A DNA stretch of 14,358 bases, from IMG/VR virus record IMGVR_UViG_3300030125_000009; one strand, given 5' to 3'. Origin of the DNA: a virus. Lineage: Duplodnaviria; Heunggongvirae; Uroviricota; Caudoviricetes. This document shows, one piece after another, positions 7,284 to 14,358 of this stretch. The translations under genes and the position numbers were made by a program. The notes beneath the pieces were generated by a model that saw nothing but the letters and a program-made list of their open reading frames with translations, had not been told where the DNA came from and did no database searches. The first letter of the stretch is position 1, and each line of letters starts with the position of its first letter.

Positions 7284-7414
7284 TGTATCGCCTTAGACTT
7301 AAGCGGGAGGCCAATCCCGGCACCCGTTTTAATGAGGTGCCTGATAAGCATAAACCGAAAATGCCTCAAGGCGCAAGAGGTCAGGTTCAATGTAACATCG
7401 GCAGTTAAAAAACA

Positions 7415-7431
7415 CAATTTATTAGAGCAAA
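7415..7431 (-). promoter_or_regulatory. C1 operator (Op51-like, 15/17 match) directly after the pacB stop and upstream of the c4-icd-ant module
   Basis: Minus strand TTTGCTCTAATAAATTG. Confidence 0.65.
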
Positions 7432-7434
7432 TAT

Positions 7435-8919
7435 TCATTCATTAAGCCATGCCAGAGCTTCATCAACCTGCGCTTCGTCTTCGACGCTAAGCACTTCATC
7501 TTGGGGAACATAATCCGCCAGCATAGCGAAACAATATGTATCCCAATGGTCTGGTGAGTGCAGGTTGAGTTTTTTCTTCATATCCTCCTTACTCATCACC
7601 TTCCATTGACCTGCGGAGTTAATCCCTACAGGGATTTTCGACGCTTCCTCAATAGTTTCATTACCCTTATCCAGTCTCATACGACCAGATTTTACGGCCT
7701 CTGCGGCTTGAACGTTGGCATAAGCACGTTTATCAAAGTACAGGCTCTTATCTTCACGGCTATGCATCTTTTTACCCCAGCGTATACGCTGTACGGTAAT
7801 ACCATAATACTCGTACATCAGATCCGCCGTTGCTTTACCCAGGCCATCGCCGTCTATCGCTATGGTAATATTTGGGAATCGCTCAGGATTACATTCTGCG
7901 AAAATTTTGGCGGCAAGCTGCGTTTCTGTAACGTCTGTGTATTCCAGCATTCGATAGTTGATTACACGGCGTTTATTTCTCTGGCCGGACACCATCATGA
8001 TATTGATAACGGACTTATCCCTTCCCGTACCACCAGCAACGTCCACACATGCAAGCCAGCCCCATCCTTTGGCAATCTTGACTTTCCGCCGCGTTGCACG
8101 TTCAACCTCATCACGTCCAAGAAGGAAGCCATCCTGTGATTTAGGGAATAGGCCGCGTACCTTAATCATGTACATAGGGTTATCGCGCCCGCCGTACTCC
8201 GCCAGCTTCATTTTGATAAATGCTGGCGTTACCAGCGGTGATTCCTCACTGTTAAGCGTGATCGCCGTATAAACGCCATCAGGGTTACCAGGACGCTTGG
8301 CCAGTTTATGGTGAGTATCGTAGAAATAGCCGCTTGGGCGTGTAGGCTGTGACAGTAATAAGATGCGGTTATCCTGTCCGGTAAGAGCACCGGTGATGAT
8401 ACCGAAAGCTCTATCACTGACACCGGAGGCTTCATCGATAATATACAGAAGATGATCTGCGTGTTCACCGGCGAGAGCTTCTTCACTTCCCAGACGAAAG
8501 CCCTTCGGTACTACAGTCCATACACCTTTACCAGTAACCTCATAGAAAGCGGTTTCTGTCAGAACAAAATAATCAGCAAGCCACGGAAAACGGCTGGTGG
8601 CCGTAGCCCAGTTTATCTTGATGTACTTGAATATACCGGTCATTACCTGCTGAATTTTGTTCGCAACGATAATGGCGCGGGCACCGGGATACATGATTAT
8701 GAACAACATGATCATGATAGAAGTCATGTCTGATTTCCCGGTACCGTGACCAGACGAAACAGATGTCTTGCTACCCTGTTCCTGCACAGACTCAATAATC
8801 AGATCCTGCTGCCAGGTAGGTGTTTTGCCGAACAAAACATCAGCGGCAGCAATCCAGTCATAACGATATAGCGCCACCAGCTCGCGCCAACGTGGATCCG
8901 TTACGCAACTTCTGGCCAT
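7435..8919 (-). CDS. pacB: PacB, pacase (terminase) large subunit, 494 aa
   Basis: Translation [22 protein letters not shown]...; size and position (after pacA, start overlapping the pacA stop as TAATG) match P1 pacB. Confidence 0.9.
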   Translation of the reverse strand: MARSCVTDPRWRELVALYRYDWIAAADVLFGKTPTWQQDLIIESVQEQGSKTSVSSGHGTGKSDMTSIMIMLFIIMYPGARAIIVANKIQQVMTGIFKYIKINWATATSRFPWLADYFVLTETAFYEVTGKGVWTVVPKGFRLGSEEALAGEHADHLLYIIDEASGVSDRAFGIITGALTGQDNRILLLSQPTRPSGYFYDTHHKLAKRPGNPDGVYTAITLNSEESPLVTPAFIKMKLAEYGGRDNPMYMIKVRGLFPKSQDGFLLGRDEVERATRRKVKIAKGWGWLACVDVAGGTGRDKSVINIMMVSGQRNKRRVINYRMLEYTDVTETQLAAKIFAECNPERFPNITIAIDGDGLGKATADLMYEYYGITVQRIRWGKKMHSREDKSLYFDKRAYANVQAAEAVKSGRMRLDKGNETIEEASKIPVGINSAGQWKVMSKEDMKKKLNLHSPDHWDTYCFAMLADYVPQDEVLSVEDEAQVDEALAWLNE

Positions 8920-10112
8920 TAATCATCATCCCCGTATAGCTTGCGGGTAACTTCTTCGTCTTCCTCCTCGTCTTCGTCCAGGTCTTGTTCCAGCCATGGG
9001 TCGTTTGATACACCTTCAGTATCAACATCTCCATAACCGCCTGTATCAACGATATCGGCGATTTCTTCCCTACGCTGCTCAATCCACAATGCGGCATCGG
9101 CGCGGCGGTTGGCGGCCCGTTCTCGCGCAACTTTGTCCAGATCTTCAAGAGAAGGGCCACCGACGGCTGTTTGCCTTTCCTCATCATCGGTATTGGTCTT
9201 AGGAGCACGCAGATCGGCTTTGATTTGCTCCAGCATCAGGGGCGGCACTTTTCCGCCATGCGCCTCGATGAATTCAGCTGCTTCCAGCACTGACCAGTTA
9301 TTTTCACGCTTTCGTTCGTATGCCAGCTTAACAATGCCAGCTTGCCCCATAGACAAAGCGTGCTTTTCCGCCTCCCGGCTTTCTTTTCGATAGTTATTCC
9401 GGATGCTGTAAATGGTGTTGATCAGGCTGCTTATCTGCGCGGAACAGCTGTTTAGCATGCTCGCGATACGGTATTCAGGCGGAGTACCTTCATCATCGTC
9501 TTTTTGCTGATCGCGCATTTCCTGCACCAGGCGAATACACGTATCCCTGGCGTTCTCCAGCATAAGGAGATGAGAAAGAGACTTTTCCAGAAGAGTGGTT
9601 TCCAGAACATCGGCCCCGGACCGACGCAACATAGCGCGCGCGGCCTTCCGCGCTTCAACGTTATCTATCAGGTAATCGCCAGCTTCGAATTCAAAGCGTT
9701 CACCATCATCATCCAGGGTGTCGCGTTCCAGGCGATCACGTAAGGTCCGGTGGGCGCGGGTGATCACGTCATGATCATCTGAACGATCATTTATGCGCTT
9801 ATTTTGGCGCTTCGCATTATCGACTGCGGCACTGACAACGGCATTAACTCTTTGTTTTTCATCCATTTCAGCCACAACGTGATCACCTGCACGTTGATCA
9901 TTAGCGTGATCAATGATCATGCTTTTTAGTGGTTTCCTGACAGGCTTATTTGGCTTACGGCTGTCCGCTGTTCCGGTGTCTTCTTTGAATGCACGGAGAT
10001 AACGACGTGCGGTGTTTGGGTTGAGATTAAACTCGGCGGCATATTGTGCGATGGTGTAACCACCATCTCGCGCCAGGCGAGCAAAATTCTTCTTGTGATC
10101 GTCCCAGGTCAC
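8919..10112 (-). CDS. pacA: PacA, pacase small subunit, 397 aa, with the pac site inside its coding sequence; GTG start
   Basis: Translation (V/M)[41 protein letters not shown]... with acidic C-terminal tail; GTG start preceded by AAGGAAG and an in-frame TAA just upstream. Confidence 0.9.
   Translation of the reverse strand: MTWDDHKKNFARLARDGGYTIAQYAAEFNLNPNTARRYLRAFKEDTGTADSRKPNKPVRKPLKSMIIDHANDQRAGDHVVAEMDEKQRVNAVVSAAVDNAKRQNKRINDRSDDHDVITRAHRTLRDRLERDTLDDDGERFEFEAGDYLIDNVEARKAARAMLRRSGADVLETTLLEKSLSHLLMLENARDTCIRLVQEMRDQQKDDDEGTPPEYRIASMLNSCSAQISSLINTIYSIRNNYRKESREAEKHALSMGQAGIVKLAYERKRENNWSVLEAAEFIEAHGGKVPPLMLEQIKADLRAPKTNTDDEERQTAVGGPSLEDLDKVARERAANRRADAALWIEQRREEIADIVDTGGYGDVDTEGVSNDPWLEQDLDEDEEEDEEVTRKLYGDDD
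9734..9919. other. pac: pac packaging site: two clusters of TGATCA/GATC hexamers (Dam sites) within pacA
   Basis: TGATCA at 9761, 9772, 9880, 9895, 9907 and 9914, plus CGATCA at 9733 and 9785, flanking a spacer of about 90 bp; matches the known P1 pac architecture. Confidence 0.8.
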
Positions 10113-10198
10113 TTATGCTTCCTTTCGTATAAAACTCTTTTTGACGCGAGGGTAACGAAAGTCACATGTCAAAAGGCCCGGAACGGGCAAGCAATCAA

Positions 10199-10651
10199 TC
10201 AGATACGTGCGGATGTGGCATTACCGTAATGACGGTGCTGACGGACCACCTTATTGAAAAATTGACGCGCCATTACCCAAGGCTGGTGCTCCCGGCGTTC
10301 CTTTTCGTCCTGCGTCATATAGAGTTCGTTCTGGAGTTTTTCATCAAACCGGCGCGGAGCGCGACTGCGGCGAAAGAATTCAGGATTCAGAGAGTGGATC
10401 TGAAATCTACGTGGGCGTGTACTGTCATCAATCAAAACAGACGAATACTTAGACACAGCGATAGCCTTTAAGCGCAGATAAACATCGCGCTTATCGACAT
10501 CCAGATGCGGGTATTCCTTTTCAAGAATTGCTGCGAGTTCTTTCGCTGATAGAAGAGATTTAGTGCGGATCATGTAATCCGCAATCTCGTACGATGTTAT
10601 TCGTGAGTGATTTATTTCCATGAAGTGGCGTCCCTGCCAGTTAAGTAACAT
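10199..10651 (-). CDS. lpa: Lpa (late promoter activator, gp10)-like protein, 150 aa
   Basis: Position immediately upstream of pacA; a C1 operator lies in its promoter region; Shine-Dalgarno AGGTGACAGG before the ATG. Identity is by synteny and size, not sequence recall. Confidence 0.7.
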   Translation of the reverse strand: MLLNWQGRHFMEINHSRITSYEIADYMIRTKSLLSAKELAAILEKEYPHLDVDKRDVYLRLKAIAVSKYSSVLIDDSTRPRRFQIHSLNPEFFRRSRAPRRFDEKLQNELYMTQDEKERREHQPWVMARQFFNKVVRQHRHYGNATSARI

Positions 10652-10721
10652 CCTGTCACCTACTGATTAGCCCATGTCAACTAATCAACGTCGAATATAA
10701 TACCCTCGATTAAAGAAATAG

Positions 10722-10738
10722 CAATACATTAGAGCAAT
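10722..10738 (-). promoter_or_regulatory. C1 operator (14/17 match) upstream of lpa
   Basis: Minus strand ATTGCTCTAATGTATTG, immediately after the pdcB stop. Confidence 0.6.
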
Positions 10739-10739
10739 T

Positions 10740-11783
10740 TTATCTAACACTCGACGAATGACTTGTGATAGCGCCAACTCCAAGCGCGTAATCAAAGAAC
10801 AATCGTTGATGCATCGCCAGCCTACCGTGCGTCTTCTCCCAATTATCGCGGTCACGCTCAATATCACGCTGGCATGACTGGCACAGAGGAATAGCATAAA
10901 TGTCATGCGCGCATAATCGACTATGACGAACTATATAAGGCGTAATGTGAGCGCCAGCTCCCGCAGCTCCACAGCCACAGCATGGACGGGAAGCCACAAA
11001 GTCCATGTACTCGGGCAATTTTAGCGATTGAAGTTTTGGTATTTTGAAATGCGCCATACCTGGGTCGGAGTCAACATCCACAGGGCATACTTTTGCACGC
11101 ATCGGCGCGGCGCGTTCTTCCATCATCTGAACATATGCTGTAGCGCGATCGTCATACGGGCGAATATCCGCCTCTTTCAGAGGTCCGCTATCCTGCGGAA
11201 TAGCCTTCATCTTATTTATTGATATGCGGCAGACTTCTTCCGGCATCAGGTGCATCATGTTGCGCATGAAAGCCCACCAGCACAGCTCCTGAATACTTAA
11301 ATCATGGCTATTTGAAAGGCCCATTTCCTGACGGGCGACATCCAGTATCCAGTTAACGCGATTATTGTGCAGCGTTTCTTTCAGCTCATTAAAACCACGC
11401 ATCCGATAATGGTGATCGTGATGCCAGCACAACAACACCGCGCTATTGTCTCGTTCAGCGTGGACAATATGGTTGTCACACCAACTACGATCTGCGGCCT
11501 GGCATTGCCCCTCTTTCCTGCGCAACCACGCCACCAGCGCGTCAATTCCACCAATACGGCGAAACAGTTCATCGCTGTTAAAAAACGGCTGCAACGCCTC
11601 ATTTGTTGCCATGGTTTGCTCGGTAACAACGAGGCCGTCTTCCATGTGCTCGATTAACTCACGCGGCACCGGCTCCATAATAAATTTACGGCCAGCCTCC
11701 ACCAGCTTTCTGACCTCCTGATCCACTTTGAACGTGGCGAGGCCAAGCTCTTTCTGTACAAAGGGAGTAATTACGGCTTTCAC
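10740..11783 (-). CDS. pdcB: PdcB-like protein (post-doc gene), 347 aa, Cys/His-rich; GTG start
   Basis: Long open frame between pdcA and lpa; GTG start preceded by AAAGGTG; motifs CWHHDHH and CCGCG...PLCQSCQ. Name assigned by synteny with P1. Confidence 0.6.
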   Translation of the reverse strand: MKAVITPFVQKELGLATFKVDQEVRKLVEAGRKFIMEPVPRELIEHMEDGLVVTEQTMATNEALQPFFNSDELFRRIGGIDALVAWLRRKEGQCQAADRSWCDNHIVHAERDNSAVLLCWHHDHHYRMRGFNELKETLHNNRVNWILDVARQEMGLSNSHDLSIQELCWWAFMRNMMHLMPEEVCRISINKMKAIPQDSGPLKEADIRPYDDRATAYVQMMEERAAPMRAKVCPVDVDSDPGMAHFKIPKLQSLKLPEYMDFVASRPCCGCGAAGAGAHITPYIVRHSRLCAHDIYAIPLCQSCQRDIERDRDNWEKTHGRLAMHQRLFFDYALGVGAITSHSSSVR

Positions 11784-11810
11784 ATCACACCTTTAATCAC
11801 TGATTGGGCT

Positions 11811-11990
11811 TTATCTGCTGCCCGGCATTCTCTGTTTAAGCACAACCATTTCCTGACGGCATAACACAGCAATAGCAGTCCTGGCTCCAATTTGCTTACC
11901 AACCAGGTATTGCTTTACCTCGCGGCGACTCACGCCATCAAGAAGCATCTTTAACGCTTCACGGGACAATTTGTTGTATTTGCGTGCCAT
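11811..11990 (-). CDS. pdcA: PdcA-like small protein, 59 aa (ATG at 11990, 4 nt after the doc stop)
   Basis: MARKYNKLSREALKMLLDGVSRREVKQYLVGKQIGARTAIAVLCRQEMVVLKQRMPGSR; GGAG Shine-Dalgarno 9 nt upstream. The track's 66-aa version starts further upstream, inside doc. Confidence 0.5.
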   Translation of the reverse strand: MARKYNKLSREALKMLLDGVSRREVKQYLVGKQIGARTAIAVLCRQEMVVLKQRMPGSR

Positions 11991-11994
11991 TAAT

Positions 11995-12375
11995 CTACTC
12001 CGCAGAACCATACAATCTACGTAACGTGTCGGCGACAGAAGATACAGATATCTCGCCAGTCGCAGCGCCTACAGTAAGGTCTGCCAGTTCAGGTGAATCA
12101 AATACCTGCACCCCGTTACGGCGTAGAAATAGCAGCGCGCTGTTTAGCGCGGTACGCTTATTGGCATCATTGAATATATGCCCTCTCGCTGTAGCCACCA
12201 GGTAGGTGGCGGAGACTTCGAAAAGGTCGGTGATCTCTTCGTAGGCAACTCTGGCCTGAACTCTCCCGATAATGGCCTCTGCCCTACCCGGATCTGACAT
12301 TCCCGGCAGGCCGCCGTAGCGGCTTATATTCGCATCATGAAGCGCAATAAGTTCTTCCGGTGATATATGCCTCAT
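11995..12375 (-). CDS. doc: Doc toxin (Fic-fold kinase), 126 aa
   Basis: Translation [92 protein letters not shown]... is P1 Doc; start overlaps the phd stop (TAATG). Confidence 0.95.
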
Positions 12376-12596
12376 TATCGGTTAACCAGTTCCTTGTTGG
12401 TGGAGTCCAGGGTGTCAAACAGGGATGCAAATTCAGCATCCAGCGCCGCTTTTTTGTAGGCTTCGAAAGTAGCCTTGCTGACAATTACTGCTGGCTCACG
12501 ACCTCTGCGGGTGATTTCAACCTCTTCCCCGGCTTCAACATTGTTGAGCACTTCAGAAAGGTTGCCGCGCGCGGTACGGAAGTTAATGGATTGCAT
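12375..12596 (-). CDS. phd: Phd antitoxin, 73 aa
   Basis: Translation [73 protein letters not shown]; true start is ATG 12596 with GAGGTG Shine-Dalgarno (the track begins 2 codons upstream at GTG). Confidence 0.95.
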
Positions 12597-12605
12597 AAAC
12601 ACCTC

Positions 12606-12633
12606 GTGTACTCGTTATGTGTACACAATTATA
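12606..12633 (-). promoter_or_regulatory. phd-doc promoter/operator: palindromes GTGTACTC (12606-12613) and TGTGTACACA (12618-12627), with TATAAT -10 at 12633-12628
   Basis: Perfect 10-bp palindrome and an adjacent imperfect copy between a consensus -10 and the phd ATG; consistent with autoregulation by Phd/Doc. Confidence 0.6.
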
Positions 12634-12772
12634 AACTTCACAGGCATAAAGCACCAGCACTTTGCGGCTTAACAAACCTCTAGGCAGGTCATTCGTAGCC
12701 TAATGTCCGAACTGCTAAAGCATCCAAGTTGCTGTAGAATCACCGCCAATTACATAAGCCTGAAATAAGTGG

Positions 12773-14260
12773 ATGAAAATGACAAGTATTCAACAACGTG
12801 CAGAGCTTCATCGTCAAATCTGGCAAATTGCTAACGATGTCAGGGGTTCGGTCGATGGATGGGATTTTAAGCAATACGTTCTGGGCGCACTTTTCTACCG
12901 TTTTATCAGCGAAAATTTTTCCAGTTATATTGAAGCCGGTGATGACAGTATCTGTTATGCGAAACTGGATGACAGCGTAATTACTGATGACATTAAAGAC
13001 GATGCCATCAAAACTAAAGGCTACTTCATCTACCCCAGTCAGCTTTTCTGCAACGTAGCTGCGAAAGCAAATACCAATGACAGACTGAACGCAGATTTAA
13101 ACAGCATCTTCGTTGCTATCGAAAGTTCTGCTTACGGCTACCCTTCAGAAGCAGACATCAAAGGTTTGTTTGCTGATTTCGATACCACCAGTAACCGCCT
13201 GGGTAACACCGTTAAAGATAAAAATGCCCGCCTGGCTGCGGTTCTGAAAGGGGTTGAAGGGTTAAAACTTGGTGACTTCAACGAACATCAGATTGACCTG
13301 TTCGGTGATGCCTATGAGTTCCTGATTTCTAACTATGCGGCAAATGCCGGTAAGTCAGGCGGTGAGTTCTTTACACCGCAGCACGTCTCCAAGCTGATTG
13401 CACAACTGGCTATGCACGGGCAGACCAACGTTAACAAAATCTACGACCCGGCAGCGGGTTCCGGCTCACTGTTGTTGCAGGCTAAAAAGCAGTTTGATAA
13501 CCATATCATCGAAGAAGGCTTTTTTGGTCAGGAAATCAACCATACAACCTATAACCTGGCACGTATGAACATGTTTTTGCACAACATCAACTACGACAAG
13601 TTTGATATCAAGCTGGGTAATACACTGACTGAGCCACACTTCAGAGATGAAAAACCGTTTGATGCCATCGTTTCTAACCCGCCGTATTCGGTGAAATGGA
13701 TTGGCAGCGATGACCCGACGCTGATTAACGATGAACGTTTTGCCCCGGCTGGCGTCCTGGCCCCCAAATCCAAAGCTGACTTTGCGTTTGTACTACATGC
13801 GCTGAACTATCTTTCGGCCAAAGGTCGTGCTGCGATTGTCTGCTTCCCGGGTATTTTTTACCGTGGCGGCGCGGAGCAGAAAATCCGTCAGTATCTGGTC
13901 GATAATAACTATGTCGAAACCGTGATTTCACTGGCACCGAACCTGTTCTTTGGCACCACTATTGCTGTAAACATTCTGGTGCTGTCTAAACATAAAACGG
14001 ATACCAAAGTTCAGTTTATTGATGCCAGCGAACTGTTCAAAAAAGAAACCAACAACAATATCCTGACCGATGCCCATATCGAACAGATTATGCAGGTATT
14101 TGCCAGCAAGGAAGATGTTGCTCATCTGGCGAAATCTGTTGCGTTTGAGACTGTTGTCGCGAATGACTATAACCTGTCGGTGAGCAGCTATGTGGAAGCG
14201 AAAGATAACCGCGAAATTATCGATATCGGTGAGCTGAATGCAGAGCTGAAAACCAGGTGA
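12773..14260 (+). CDS. hsdM: Type I restriction-modification N6-adenine DNA methyltransferase subunit HsdM, 495 aa, 3' end truncated by IS1
   Basis: N-terminus [25 protein letters not shown]..., AdoMet-binding motif [10 protein letters not shown] and catalytic NPPY motif (VSNPPYS). The stop codon TGA at 14258-14260 lies inside the IS1 terminal inverted repeat. Confidence 0.88.
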   Translation: MKMTSIQQRAELHRQIWQIANDVRGSVDGWDFKQYVLGALFYRFISENFSSYIEAGDDSICYAKLDDSVITDDIKDDAIKTKGYFIYPSQLFCNVAAKANTNDRLNADLNSIFVAIESSAYGYPSEADIKGLFADFDTTSNRLGNTVKDKNARLAAVLKGVEGLKLGDFNEHQIDLFGDAYEFLISNYAANAGKSGGEFFTPQHVSKLIAQLAMHGQTNVNKIYDPAAGSGSLLLQAKKQFDNHIIEEGFFGQEINHTTYNLARMNMFLHNINYDKFDIKLGNTLTEPHFRDEKPFDAIVSNPPYSVKWIGSDDPTLINDERFAPAGVLAPKSKADFAFVLHALNYLSAKGRAAIVCFPGIFYRGGAEQKIRQYLVDNNYVETVISLAPNLFFGTTIAVNILVLSKHKTDTKVQFIDASELFKKETNNNILTDAHIEQIMQVFASKEDVAHLAKSVAFETVVANDYNLSVSSYVEAKDNREIIDIGELNAELKTR

Positions 14261-14358
14261 TGCTGCCAACTTACTGATTTAGTGTATGATGGTGTTTTTG
14301 AGGTGCTCCAGTGGCTTCTGTTTCTATCAGCTGTCCCTCCTGTTCAGCTACTGACGGG
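14256..14358 (+). mobile_element. IS1, left end (IRL) and start of insA, partial (runs off the right window edge)
   Basis: ggtgatgctgccaacttactgatttagtgtatgatggtgtttttgaggtgctccagtggcttctgtttctatcagctgtccctcctgttcagctactgacggg matches the IS1 terminus and insA 5' region as I remember them. Confidence 0.9.
14311..14358 (+). CDS. insA: IS1 InsA, N-terminal fragment (GTG start)
   Basis: GTG GCT TCT GTT TCT ATC AGC TGT CCC TCC TGT TCA GCT ACT GAC GGG translates to (M)ASVSISCPSCSATDG, the InsA N-terminus. Confidence 0.8.
   Translation, partial: MASVSISCPSCSATDG

Noticed and set aside
7140-7340. Possible tRNA gene in the structured region upstream of icd
   Set aside because: No cloverleaf with a conserved T-loop (GTTCRANYC) or anticodon arm could be built; the acceptor-like stem plus GCCA fits a c4-type RNase P substrate better than a tRNA.
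6852-7408. Minus-strand ORFs of 136 and 149 aa and plus-strand ORFs of 64 and 86 aa in the pacB-ant intergenic region
   Set aside because: The long minus-strand frames read through the pacB terminator and the c4-like RNA; only the C-terminal 73 codons (icd) have a Shine-Dalgarno. The plus-strand ORFs are antisense to these.
7558-9743. Multiple plus-strand ORFs (60-190 aa) across pacB and pacA
   Set aside because: All antisense to the confidently identified pacA and pacB genes; the acidic and GC-rich regions generate long spurious frames.
10166-11721. Plus-strand ORFs overlapping lpa and pdcB
   Set aside because: Antisense to the syntenic lpa and pdcB genes; no ribosome-binding sites.
11984-12683. 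Plus-strand ORFs overlapping doc and phd (73, 107 and 65 aa)
   Set aside because: Antisense to the unambiguous phd-doc operon.
12798-14269. Short ORFs on both strands within hsdM
   Set aside because: Internal or antisense to hsdM, which carries the canonical methyltransferase motifs.

Overview
This window reads as a P1-like (punavirus) phage-plasmid segment spanning the lox-cre, immC, pac and phd-doc regions, bounded by a partial IS5 on the left and a partial IS1 on the right. All calls come from reading the sequence and ORF translations against remembered P1 biology; no database search was run. Left to right: IS5 (insH, partial); a 214-aa hypothetical gene; ref carrying an in-frame amber codon; a cra-position ORF; cre (three residues different from the canonical Cre I remember); a 73-aa basic ORF abutting cre; a perfect loxP; C1 operators and promoter; coi and c1; then on the minus strand an immI-like module (ant1/ant2 with two in-frame starts, a 73-codon icd coupled to ant1, and a candidate c4-like RNA); pacB and pacA with the GATC-rich pac site; lpa; pdcB/pdcA; doc and phd with their operator; and a divergent Type I hsdM whose 3' end is cut by IS1. 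At least six 17-bp C1-operator matches are present, oriented with the genes they precede. I see no clearly new protein machine. The observations most worth follow-up are the immI-like module sitting between immC and pac, the tRNA-like c4 candidate, the amber-interrupted ref with a terminator hairpin in its leader, the IS1-truncated orphan hsdM, and two uncharacterised small genes (73 aa and 214 aa).
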